Positions 41,770 through 52,658 of a stretch of DNA of 64,000 nucleotides are shown in pieces. The translations under genes and the position numbers were made by a program. Within the stretch, counting starts at the first letter, position 1. Each line of letters opens with the position of its first letter. This DNA comes from Vicinamibacterales bacterium (GTDB lineage: Bacteria; Acidobacteriota; Vicinamibacteria; Vicinamibacterales; JAMQPK01), in NCBI GenBank assembly GCA_963787755.1, contig CAWBEG010000001.1, positions 28,089-92,088 on the forward strand, read 5' to 3'. A model generated the notes under the pieces. That model saw only the letters and a list, made by a program, of their open reading frames with translations, ran no database searches and was not told where the DNA came from.

Positions 41770-42270
41770 GAACGAATCCCCTGAGCCGGAACGCCTTGCG
41801 AAAGATTTGGAAAAACTCGGCCCGACATCGTCGGCCACTACTTCGGAGCGTCGCTTCAGGAGTTTCAGGTCGGCAGGATCGTCCTCGCAGTGAACCAGTC
41901 CGCGGGCGCGCACGGCATCAAGTCGCCGGTCGAGCTCACCATGCTGGGAAAGACGCTGTTGACGCTCGACAACGTTGCGAGGACCCTGGCGCCGGCGCTC
42001 GACGTCAACGCCTCGATCAGGAAGAATGCGTCGAGTCTGATGCAGCGCAGGTTGCTGAAGAGCCTGTCGCCGGGCACTGTGTTCACGACCGTGCTCGAAG
42101 CGAAGGAGTTCGCCGAACAACTGCCGCGCCGCATCAACCGCGTGCTCGAATCACTGGCCAGCAGTCAGCTGAAATTGAAGGTCCCGGCTTCCCAACCGTG
42201 CTCATGCTGATGCCGGCAGCCTTGGCCTTTGGCTGATCCACAGCATCATCACCCATGACCGGGTGCAAGA
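41770..42270 (+). pseudogene. Internally deleted ABC1/UbiB (AarF) kinase remnant
   Basis: ERLAKDLEKLGPT then GIKSPVELTMLGKTLLTLD...LAP.LD...EQLPRRINRVLE; kinase core absent. Confidence 0.6.
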
Positions 42271-42334
42271 AACAAGAAGATAAACAGGAGATCACGCTCC
42301 TAAACTCCTGTTAATCGCTCTTTTTGTCTTTTCA

Positions 42335-42814
42335 TTACTGAGATTGCGTCTGGAAGACAATGCGATCTTTTTTCGCTTCGATTTTTTTGTAGATGGCAGG
42401 GTCGAGTCCTTTGAGGTCGTCGAGCGACGAGAGCTTCCCGCGTGTGCTGCGATACTCGAGCACGGCCTTGCTCTCGCGGCGAAGCAACTGCAGCACGCTT
42501 TCGAGATCGATCGACTCGGCGGTGTTCATGTCGAGGGGACGCACGGTGTCCCCCTTGAAGTTGGCCGCCAGGTATTCGAGGACGGCCGCAAAGTCGTCGT
42601 CCGCTCCGGCGGCCCCGAACGCCTTCATGCGATCGATCGTTTCAATCCATCCGTCGCGCGTGAGTTTCACCGACGTGGCTTTCGCGGCCTCGTGGCACGT
42701 GCCGCACAGGCGAAGCGTCTGTTCCTTTCCCGCCCCCTCCGGCAATGTGTCTTGCGCCGACGCGACGTCCGCGAATCCAATCGCCAACAGTAATGTGCAC
42801 ACAGCAATCTTCAT
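42335..42814 (-). CDS. Cytochrome c fused to a helix-hairpin-helix (ComEA-like) domain
   Basis: LPEGAGK..CGTCH; LDMNTA...L..SLDDLKG. Confidence 0.8.
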   Translation of the reverse strand: MKIAVCTLLLAIGFADVASAQDTLPEGAGKEQTLRLCGTCHEAAKATSVKLTRDGWIETIDRMKAFGAAGADDDFAAVLEYLAANFKGDTVRPLDMNTAESIDLESVLQLLRRESKAVLEYRSTRGKLSSLDDLKGLDPAIYKKIEAKKDRIVFQTQSQ

Positions 42815-42832
42815 GTTCGTCCCCACGATCCG

Positions 42833-44488
42833 TTAGTTGATCGCTAACGGGATTCCGAACGCATACACCGTGTTATCTGCGGTCACCACGTACACCTGTC
42901 CCGTACCGGAGGACAAGCCGGCGCTCGCTGCCGACGTGATCGTAGTGCCGCTGTTCCACAGTTCCTTGCCCGAGGCCGGCTCGAGCGCATAGAGCACCGC
43001 GTTCGCGCTGCTATTGCCGCCAGCCAGGGCGAAGACGACGCCATTGACGATGATCGGCGTCCGCGGCGAGGGCATGGGACGCGAGGTCCACCCGCGCTCG
43101 ACCGTGAGCGCGCCGCCTTTGTCGGCCACCTTGAACGCGCCGATCGCGCCGCTGACCTCGGCGAGAATCCAGCGCGTGCCGGCTGTATCGCGCCAGGTGG
43201 CGATACCGTCGCTGTTGAAGCGGACGTTCGCGGCATCCTGCGTGGCGAACAAGGGCGTTCGATGATTGGCGCCGCCGAGCGACGCCGCATCCAGCACATA
43301 TAACCGTGTACCGGATGTCGCGGCGACATACGTCTTGTCGCCTTCGCTGAACACAACCGGGGTGGAGCTGAAGGGCGAGTCGTGCCGCAGCCAGTCCTGC
43401 TGCTTCAACGTCTTTCCTTCGAGCGCAACGATCGAATTGGCGTGTTCGGAGCCGCCGCTGCCCGTCGAGACGTAGACGGTGCCGTCCTCGCCCAGCGCAA
43501 GGCCCACAATGGCCGCGCCGTCCGACTCCCACATCGTGACGGGCTTGGTCTCGGCCATGAAATCCATGGCGTACACCGCCGTCGGCGCGCCGCCGCACGT
43601 GTTCGACGTGGCGGCGTAGACCGAACCGTCAGCCCAAATCAAGCCGGTTGCGGTGGCGTTCGCGGGAAGGAACCTGGCCGGCGCGAGCGCGAGGTCGCCG
43701 GTGTCGGGAATGATGCCGCGCAGAAGACCATCGGCCGCAACGCTGAAGACGAAGTTAGGCCCGCGGCCGCCACCTCCTGCCTGCGGAGTGGCACCGCGTG
43801 CCGGCGGAGGTGTACCGCGCGCCGGCTCGGCGCCGCGCGCGGGACCGGGACCACCGGGCCTGCCCGCCGAAGCGGCACCAGCCGCGGAGGCGGGCGTGTC
43901 GCCCCCACCGCCACGATTGCCGCGCGATGCGATGCGCGCCGCGATCTCCGCGAGCTGCGGTGCGCCCTTCCCGGGCTCGCCGACATCTCCCTTCGCCGGG
44001 CGCGGCGGGCGCGCGAACCCGAAGAATGCGAGCTGCGCCGGCGGCGTCAGTGCCGTCGCCCTCGTCAGCGGCAGCGTCATGCCTCCGGGACATGTCGGAG
44101 ATCCTGCATATTCGCGCTGTCCGGCCGCGTAGTTGTGATGCATTCGCCAGAACATCGTGCCGAAGTCGTAGTCGATGCCGTACACGTTGTTCGAGCTGCC
44201 GCCGACGAAAATCAGCGACTTGAACCCTCGAAACGTCATCAGGTTGCCGAGCGCCACGGGCGCGGTCAGCGCGTTGCCGTAGCGCGACTCGTTATCGACC
44301 TTCAGCTTCCAGAGAAACTGAAACTTCGACAGGTTGTCGATCGAGATGTACGGATCCGCACGCATCCACGACGTGCGCTGCGCATCGAACCCTTGCGTCG
44401 TCCAGTCGGGTGCGCTGCGCGCCTGCGCGTAAAGGAGCCCGCTCATCGCCGATGCGAAGGCGACCGCGAACAGGCAACGTTTCCTCAT
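42833..44488 (-). CDS. PQQ-like beta-propeller protein
   Basis: Signal peptide, DW.T.G.D.QRT.W, NSIVAL, NGVVF, LYAL...GKELW.SG. Confidence 0.8.
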   Translation of the reverse strand: MRKRCLFAVAFASAMSGLLYAQARSAPDWTTQGFDAQRTSWMRADPYISIDNLSKFQFLWKLKVDNESRYGNALTAPVALGNLMTFRGFKSLIFVGGSSNNVYGIDYDFGTMFWRMHHNYAAGQREYAGSPTCPGGMTLPLTRATALTPPAQLAFFGFARPPRPAKGDVGEPGKGAPQLAEIAARIASRGNRGGGGDTPASAAGAASAGRPGGPGPARGAEPARGTPPPARGATPQAGGGGRGPNFVFSVAADGLLRGIIPDTGDLALAPARFLPANATATGLIWADGSVYAATSNTCGGAPTAVYAMDFMAETKPVTMWESDGAAIVGLALGEDGTVYVSTGSGGSEHANSIVALEGKTLKQQDWLRHDSPFSSTPVVFSEGDKTYVAATSGTRLYVLDAASLGGANHRTPLFATQDAANVRFNSDGIATWRDTAGTRWILAEVSGAIGAFKVADKGGALTVERGWTSRPMPSPRTPIIVNGVVFALAGGNSSANAVLYALEPASGKELWNSGTTITSAASAGLSSGTGQVYVVTADNTVYAFGIPLAIN

Positions 44489-46141
44489 TGAGGTAACCCG
44501 AAGCAGTAAACGGTGCCGTCGTAGGTGCCGATGTACACACGGCCGTTCGCGACGGAAATTCCGCTGTAGTGATTCCACGACGTAATCGTGTCACCGCTCG
44601 ACCAGAGCTCCTGGCCTGTCTGTCCATCGAGCGCGTACAGCACCGAGTGCGTGGAGCGCGAGATGCGGCCTGGCGTGCCGCCGTTCTCGGGCGGAACGCC
44701 AAACGGCATCGGCGGCATCCGAAGCACGACGTCTTCTCCGCTTGCAAAGCCAAAGACGATGCCGTTCGCAACGAGGGGCGGGTCTGCATGCTTCATGTCG
44801 CGTGAAATCCACGCGGGATCAAGGAAGAACTGCCCGGTGGCCGGGTTCTTCTCCATCCTGAACGCGGCGACCGCGCCATTGAACACTTCGCCGTGTTCGA
44901 TCGGCGCCTTGAACTTCGGATGCTTCGGTCCCCAGAACGGTACGAGCGCCCAGCGCGTCCCCTTCGCGTCTTCGTAGGTAGCCATCGCGCCATAGACGCC
45001 CGCGGCCTGGTAGTCCTGATCTTCGTTGCAGATGAGCGGCGACCGATGCTCGGCTGTCGAGTGGTCCTCGCCACCGAGCGCGCTCGTGTCGAGCAGCCAC
45101 GTGCGGCACTCCTTGCTGGCCTGCAGGAGCCACTCGCGGCCCGCATGCTCGAAGACCGGTCCGGTAACCTGCAGATCCAGGTCGCGCTTCAACAGGTACT
45201 CGGCGTTCGGGGGGCCGAAGTAGTCCTTCAGTTTCAGCGCGCCTGTTTTCGGATCGAGCTTCACGCCGATGACCGCCGTGCCGTATGACCGAAGCTCGGG
45301 GTTGTACGAACCGTCGCCGGTGCCGGTGTACAGCGTCCCGTCTTTGCCGATCGACGGCCCGCTGCGTCCCCACATGCCGCCACTGCCCGGATCGAACGTC
45401 GCGGTGCGGCGCGTGGCGAGATCGAACGCGTACACGTAATTCGGATTGCCGCCGCATCCCTGCGCGCTCGTCGTATACACGACGTTGTTCCAGAGATTCA
45501 ATCCGTACGGCTTGCCGTTGGGCGGCATGAACAGCTCTGACGGCGCAACCGCTTTCCCAGTGGCCACATCGAGCTGATGCAGGCGCCCGTCCCATGCTGC
45601 CGCATAAATGATGTAGCTGCCCGGCGTTTTGCCCGGACCGATCACCGGCGTCGCCAGTTGGCCGCCCGGGCACAACGTGCCGAAGCTGACGCCCGGAGGC
45701 GGCAGAAAAGGTCGTGTCGAAATGGTGTTTCCACAACAAGCCGCCGGTCGCGACGTCGATCGCGTAGATGTTGTCGGAGATGCCCGCGACAATCGCGACC
45801 TGCCTGGGGCCGGCCGGCGTCAGCACTCGCCCGACGATGAGCGGCGGGAAGAGCGCGTGCATCTCGCGCGCCTCGTTGTCGGTTTTGTATTTCCACAACA
45901 GCTTCATCCCCTTGACGTTCGACACGTTGAGGATGTTTTCGTTCTTCTGCCAGGCCGTCCGCTGCGGATCTCCGCCGTCGGTCAGCCAATCCGCCTCCGC
46001 GCCTCCGGCGCTTCGGCGAGACAGGTCCGCCGTGGCAGGTGGCGATTGGGCGATAGGTGATTGGGCGATCGCGCCGGTGTGCGCGGCCGCCCAGACAGTC
46101 ACAATCGCCGCGAACATTTTATGTGGTACGTGTCGTTGCAT
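44485..46141 (-). CDS. PQQ-like beta-propeller protein, paralogue of the downstream gene (frameshift near 45700)
   Basis: DWLTDGGDPQRTAW, CPGG, GCGG, LYALDGQTGQELWSSG. Confidence 0.8.
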
Positions 46142-46154
46142 TATTCGTTTTTCG

Positions 46155-47944
46155 TTACTGCCGAAGTGCAAACACCCACACCGCTCCGCCTTCCGGCACT
46201 TCAGGATATTCGCCTGGAAACAGGCGATTGAGGCGCGCCTGCATCGCCGCGCGAGTCGATGCCGAAACCCGACTGCACCGCGATGTACTGCCTGCCCTCG
46301 ATCGAGAAGGAGATTGGGACGCCGATGATGCCGGAGTTGGTCGGCGTTTCCCACAGCAATTTGCCGCTCTTCGCGTCGAACGCGCGGAACATCCGATCGT
46401 TGGTGCCGCCCGAGAACACGAGCCCGCCGCCGGTCGTGAGGATCGGCCCCCAGTTCGCCGACTTCGCGAATGTGTGCGTCCACACGCGCTTGCCCGTGTC
46501 GACGTTCCACGCCCTGCACTTCGCCGAAATGCTTCGCGCCCGGATAGGCATACAGCGTGGTCGTCGTGCCGGTGTAGCTGCGGCCCTTCACGTACGTCGA
46601 CTTCGCGACCGATCATCGTCGAGCACAGATTCTCGTTGGCGGGAATGTAGAGCATGCGCGTCTTCGGGTTGAACGCCGCAGGCGGCCAGTTCTTTCCGCC
46701 CCACCACGACGGGCAGAAGTCCGCCAATCTTGTCGGTGCCCGGTTTCTTGTCCGGATCGACATCGGGACGCCCGGTCTTCGGATCGAATCCGCGATAAAC
46801 GTTCTGCCGCACGAACGGCGTCGCGTCGACGAATTTGATCGGGCCGGCCGTACGCTCGAGGAAATACAGAATGCCGTTGCGCGCGACGTTGACCAGGCCC
46901 TTGATCGTGCGGCCGCCGCGCTGGAAGTCGATCGAGAATCGGCGGCGACACCTCGTCCCAGTCCCACGATTCATTCGGGTTGTACTGCATGTGGCCCTTG
47001 ATCTGACCCGTCGCGACATCGATGGCCACCGTCGAGCCAATGTACAGGTTGTCGCCGGGCCGCCGATCGCCGATCCACGGACCACCGTTGCCGGTGCCCC
47101 AGTAGGACAGGTTCGTCGCCGGATCGTAATTCGCCGTCACCCAGACCGAGCCGCCGCCCGTTTTCCATTCGTCGCCCTTCGGCCATGTTTCGCTGCCCGG
47201 CTCGCCGGGCGCCGGCACCATGTAGGTCTTCCACAGCTTCTTTGCCGGTCTGCGCGTCGAGCGCCGACACGTAACCGCGGATGCCGAGCTCGCCGCCCGA
47301 CGTTCCGATCATCACCTTCCCATCGGCGACGAGCGGCGCGAGCGACATGTAATACCCGCTCTCGTTGTCCGCAACGGTCGTTGTCCACTTCTCCTCGCCC
47401 GTCTTTGCGTCGAGCGCAACGAGCACGGCTTCACCTGCGGCGAAGTACACCTTGTCGTCGTAGACGGCGACGCCGCGGCTCGTCGGATGCAGCAGCAATG
47501 ACGGAGGTCGGCAGCGGCCGGCGATACCGCCACAGCAGCGTGCCGGTCCTCGCGTTAATGGCGAGCACCTGATTGCCCGGCGTCGACACGAACATCACGC
47601 CGTTGACGACGATCGGCGGCGCCTCGTGTCCGTTCTCCATCGACGGTCGAGAACACCCATGCGGGCTGCAGCCGCTTGACGTTGCCGGTGTCGATCTGGC
47701 TGAGCGGGCTGTAGCCCCAGCCGTCATACGTGCGGCGAAACATCGGCCAGTCGCCATCCGGCGGATTCTTCAGACGCTCGGCCGGAATCGACTGGTATTG
47801 TTTGAGAATCTCCGGCATGGGCAGTGGCACCAGAAGCGCAGCACCTGGCGCCGCGGGCTGCTGTGCACGCGCCGTCCACCGGGGAGCGGTCGCCGCGACA
47901 GCGCACACAGCCAGAACTCCACACACGTAGCGGCGCCTCAACAT
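46155..47944 (-). CDS. PQQ-dependent dehydrogenase (multiple frameshifts)
   Basis: YSPLSQID..NV, GGELGIRG, YWGTGN, NESWDWD, CPSWWGGKNW, GKLLWE. Confidence 0.85.
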
Positions 47945-48045
47945 CCACCCTCCTCACGTACGAACATGGGAATGGCGGGATCTTACCTTAAGTTGTTGGG
48001 GAATTCTGGGCTCCGAGCGCACTTGCCCAGAGCCCTGAACGCTGT

Positions 48046-48255
48046 TTACATCGTATTGCGCTTCAACCGGCGCTCGAGCGGATCTTCGGTGAGCGGCAAC
48101 AGCCCGGGATCTTCGCCGGTGCGCGGGTTGAATGTATCGTGGTCACCGCCCTCCTCGTCGAGCAGACGGCGAATGGCATCCTCTCGATCGACGTCGGAAT
48201 CGTGATCCTGCTCGGGCTCCTGCTCCTTACCGGAATGCTTGTCCATGCTCCCCAT
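48046..48255 (-). CDS. Small acidic hypothetical protein
   Basis: ORF preceded by GGAGG; no recognised motif. Confidence 0.4.
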   Translation of the reverse strand: MGSMDKHSGKEQEPEQDHDSDVDREDAIRRLLDEEGGDHDTFNPRTGEDPGLLPLTEDPLERRLKRNTM

Positions 48256-48289
48256 CCTCCGGTAACACTTAGAGCAATCCCCGGGCCAG

Positions 48290-49541
48290 CTACGTAGCCC
48301 ACTCCCCTTTGCGCATCAGCGGCTCGGCGGTGCCGTTCGGGAGCACGCCATCGACGTCGAGCTCGCCCGATCCGATCATGAAGTCGACGTGAACGGCGCT
48401 GCGATTGCCGCCGGCGCGCTCGAAATCGGCATCGCTCATGTCGTTGCCGCCCTTCAGCGTGAACTTGTACGCGTTGCCGAGCGCGACGTGGCTCGCGGCG
48501 TTCTCGTCGAAGAGCGTGTTGTAGTAGAGCAGCCCAGACTGCGAAATCGGCGAGCTGTGCGGCACGAGCGCCACTTCTCCGAGACGGCGTGCGCCTTCGT
48601 CGGTGTCGAGCAGCCGCTGGAGAGTGTCTGGATTTTTGTCGGCGGACATCTTCACGATGCGCCCGCGCTCGAAGGTGACGTTGAATCCGTCAATCAGCGT
48701 GCTGCCGTAACTGAGCGGCTTCGACGCCCGGACGGTGCCGTCAACGCGATCCTTGTGGGCGATGGTGAACACTTCTTCCGTCGGCAGGTTTGCGGTAAAC
48801 GGAATGCCGTTGCGGCTCGCGCTGCGGCCGCTCACCCAGATGTGCCCTTCAGGAAGGCCGAGCGTGAGATCCGTGCCGGGCCCGGTGTACTTCAACGCTG
48901 CGTACCGCTTGCTGTTCAAGTAATCGCTGCGAGCGGCGAGGCTTGCGAGGTGCGTCTCCCACGCTGCGAGCGGATCGGGCGCGTCGAGCCGGCACATGCG
49001 CGCGATCGCATCCCAGAGCCGCGAAACCGCCTCGCTCGTCGGCACACCCGGAAAGATTTTTTCGGCCCAGCCGGCGCTCGCCGCCGCGACGATCGCCCAA
49101 TTCGTGGCGTTGCGCGAAACCTGCTCGCGAAACGGCCGCATCTCACGCGCGGTCGCCTGCAGGACCGCGCTGACCAGCTCCGCCGGCTCGCCTTGAAGCA
49201 GATCGGGATCGTTCGCGCTGATTGACAGGACCGCATGCCCCGCGGCGACGTGCTCGGACAGCGCCTTCGGAAGCCACGCAGAATAACTGACCGAACGAAT
49301 CGCGCGGCGCGTGCTTGAAGCGGATCGATTGCTGCGCCTCGTCGCCGTATATCGTTTCGACGAGCGGCGAACCCGCGCGATATGCGGCCGCTGCGATCTG
49401 CCGCGCGAGCGGCGCCGATTCGAGCGACGCGCCGCCATTCGCGAGCGGCCCGATGATCAGCAGGCGTTGTCCCGGCTGCAGATTCAACGCAACCTTCACC
49501 GCGAGCTCTGCATACACTTGTAGTTGGCGATCGAGATCCAT
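48290..49541 (-). CDS. Aminopeptidase, M29 (AmpS/PepS) family (frameshift near 49290)
   Basis: NLQPGQ, NLPTEEVF, LGEVALVP, LFDENAASH.ALG.AY, HVDFMIG. Confidence 0.93.
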
Positions 49542-49666
49542 CACGGCAATTCTAATTCGGCTCGCAGAAAATGCGTACGTGTTGCATCTTCCTACAAACG
49601 CGTACACTGCGACGCGGGGTTGTGCTAATCCCTAATCCCTAATCCCCAGTTTCTAATCCCTGATTT

Positions 49667-50938
49667 CTAGTCGCGGCTGTACACCAACCGGCCACCGATG
49701 TATGTCTGCTTTACGGTTAAATCGCGATCCATGACGACGAGATCTGCGATCGCGCCCTTGATGATGGAGCCCAGGTCTGTGAGTCCGAGCTCCGAGGCGG
49801 GAGTGGTGGCGCACAGCTGCGCGCCGTCGTGCAGTGAAAGGCCGACGTCGTTGATCAAGAAATCGAAACACGCGGTCCATCGTCGCCACGCTGCCCGCCA
49901 GCGTGCCGTCTTCGAGATAGGCTGCGGAGTTCCTCACACGAATCGTGCGGCCGCCCAGCGATGCCGTCGATCCCTCGGATAATCCCGCGGCGGCAACACC
50001 GTCGGTAATCGCCATCATCCGCGCCGCGCCTTTGGCCGCGATCGCCATGCGCACCATGTCGCGATGCACGTGCACGCCGTCGCAGATGATTTCTGCGGCG
50101 ATCTCCGCGCTCGTCAGAATGGCGCCCGCGAGGCCGGGCTCGCGATGGCCGAGCGGACGGCATCCGATTGAACAAGTGAGTGGCCTGCCGCGCGCCCGCT
50201 TCGATCGCCGCACGCGATTGCGCCAGCGTCGCGCCGGAGTGGCCGAGGGACACACGGCGTCCGCGCGACACGAGGCGGCGAATCAGATCGAGCGCTCCAT
50301 CCAGCTCGGGCGCCAGCGTAACGATGCCGACGCTGTCGCCGGCGATCTCAATTTCGGCGAGGATGTCGCGGCCGTCAAAATCGCCCGCACCCCTCGCACC
50401 CACCGCACCCATTGCACCCGTTGCACCCGATTGCACCGAACGGGCTTCGAAGACAGGCAATCGGCTGCGCGCCGCGATACTCGGGATTGATGAAGTTGCT
50501 CTCGAGATGGGCCGGCAGCACGCGAGCACCCGGCTTCGCGGCTGACGCCGCTACGTTGGACAGGCCCCTGTTCGAACCCGCTCGAAGCGCTGCAACGCTT
50601 TGCAGCACCTCGCGCAGCGCATGCGGAGCGCACGCCACCGTCGTTGGACAAAACGCGGTGACGCCGAACTTCGGAAGTCGCTCCGCAATCGCGGCAATCG
50701 CGTTCCCACCGTCGAGCGTGTCGAGACCATCGAGCCCATGAACGTGAACGTCGATGAAACCGGGAAGCACGACATGCCCGGGCAAATCGACCGCACCTGT
50801 CGCACCTGTCGCATCGCACCCATTGCACCCATTGCACCTTGTTCGGATATCGACAATCCGTTCGCCATCGATGACGAGGGTGCCACCCGATTGCACACCT
50901 CCGGGCAGGACGAGATCGGCGCCAGACAGGACGATCAT
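49667..50938 (-). CDS. nagA: N-acetylglucosamine-6-phosphate deacetylase (frameshifts, repeat insertions)
   Basis: PGFIDVHVHG, PTT, HLE, TLAPE, GHS, THLFN.M, DGVH, TLAGS. Confidence 0.93.
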
Positions 50939-50957
50939 GAACGGTAATATATCGGTA

Positions 50958-51905
50958 ATGCCTGTCCTTGGCATCGACGTCGGCGGCACCAAGACGGTCT
51001 GCCTGCTCGCAGATAACGACGAGCATGTCATTGCTGAAGCGCGCGAAGAAGGCGCGAACCTGCAGGGCGCGGGAGAGCTCGCGCTCGAGAAGGTTCTTCA
51101 TTCGGTGATGGAAAAGGCGCTCGAGGGTACAGGCGTCGTTCCTTCGGCTATCTGTCTGGGCATCGCGGGCGTCGATCGCGCGTCCGATGAAGCCGTGGTT
51201 CGCAGCATCATGAGCCGCATCGGCCACAAGGCGCGCCTTCTGATCGTCAACGACGCGCTCATCGCACTGCAGGCGGGCGTCGGAAACGCGGCCGGCATCG
51301 TGATCGTGTCTGGCACAGGATCGATCGCGTATGGGCGCAACGACCAGGGCGAAGCCTCGCGGGCCGGCGGCTGGGGCTACGTGCTCGGCGACGAAGGCAG
51401 CGGCTACTGGATCGGCCGTCTGGCGCTGCGCGCGGTGGTCCGTCACGCGGATGGCCGCGGTCGCGTGACGAGCCTCACGCCGCGGCTCCTCGCACATTTC
51501 GGCGTGGCGCGAGCCAGCGACCTGATTCACCAGGTCTACCACCAGGAGCTGAGCCCGCGGTCGCTCGCAGCCGTCGCGAAGTACGTACAGCTGGCGCGAG
51601 ACGAAGGCGATATGGTCGCCACGGGTATCCTGAATCGCGCCGCGGACGAGTTGGTGACGGCGGCAACGGCGGTGATGGCACGGCTGGAGCTTGGCGACCG
51701 GGACTTCACATTTGTGCTTGCGGGCGGCATGTTTCACGCCGTGCCATGGTTGTGCGATCAAATGCAGCTGCTTCTGCCGTCGCTCGCCCAGCAGAGCAAA
51801 GTGATGCGACTCGATCAGGAGCCCGCGCTTGGCGCCGTCCGGCTTGCGCTGGCCGAGCTGAAGGGCGGCGCCAGGTTGCCGGTCTACCGCCCCACCCTCA
51901 CATGA
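50958..51905 (+). CDS. BadF/BcrA-type N-acetylglucosamine/MurNAc kinase
   Basis: GIDVGGTKT, NDA, SGTGS, GGWG..LGDEGSG. Confidence 0.9.
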   Translation: MPVLGIDVGGTKTVCLLADNDEHVIAEAREEGANLQGAGELALEKVLHSVMEKALEGTGVVPSAICLGIAGVDRASDEAVVRSIMSRIGHKARLLIVNDALIALQAGVGNAAGIVIVSGTGSIAYGRNDQGEASRAGGWGYVLGDEGSGYWIGRLALRAVVRHADGRGRVTSLTPRLLAHFGVARASDLIHQVYHQELSPRSLAAVAKYVQLARDEGDMVATGILNRAADELVTAATAVMARLELGDRDFTFVLAGGMFHAVPWLCDQMQLLLPSLAQQSKVMRLDQEPALGAVRLALAELKGGARLPVYRPTLT

Positions 51906-52658
51906 ACCTCCGCGTATTCAGAACACCCGAAGACGCCGCGCACGCAGCGGCCGCCGCAGTAGCCGCCCAGCTCAAGCGCAATCCTGCCTCAGTCCTGGGG
52001 CTTCCGACGGGACGAACGTCGCTCGAGGTGTACGACGAGCTTGCACGGCTGCACGAATCGGGCGACGCAGATTTTTCCCAGGCGCATACGTTCAACCTCG
52101 ACGAGTTCGTGGGACTGCCGTCGAGCGACAAGCGCAGCTACTGCGCGTTCATGCAGAAACACCTCTTCACGCGCATCAATCTTCCCGGGCGCCACATCCA
52201 TTTTCTGAATGGCGGCGCGCGCGATCACGAGGAAGAATGCGACAGGTTCGAGCGCGAGATCAGCCGAGCTCGGGGGAATGGATCTGCTGCTGCTCGGCAT
52301 CGGCGCGAATGCGCACATCGGGTTCAACGAGCCCGCGCGCGCCTTGCACGCGCGCAGCCACAGGACACGGCTCGCGCTCGCGACCCGCCGCGCGAACGTC
52401 TCGCTTTTCGGCGGGCGGCTCGATCGCGTCCCGCGCGAGGCGCTGACGATGGGAATTGGCACGATGCTGGACGCGCGGGCCATCGTGCTGATTGCAACCG
52501 GGCGGGAGAAAGCGCGGGCCATCGCCGCCATGTTCGAGGGGCACATCTCGACCGAGCGGCCGGCGTCTGTGCTGCAGCTGCACCGGAACGTCGAAGTGAT
52601 CCTGGATTTACCTGCGGCCGAGAAGCTTCCGCAGTCTGGGTTCGACGCGCAGCCGTGA
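51902..52658 (+). CDS. nagB: Glucosamine-6-phosphate deaminase (frameshift near 52262)
   Basis: LGLPTG, FNLDE, LGIG.NAHIGFNEP, ALTMGI, PASVLQ.H. Confidence 0.92.
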
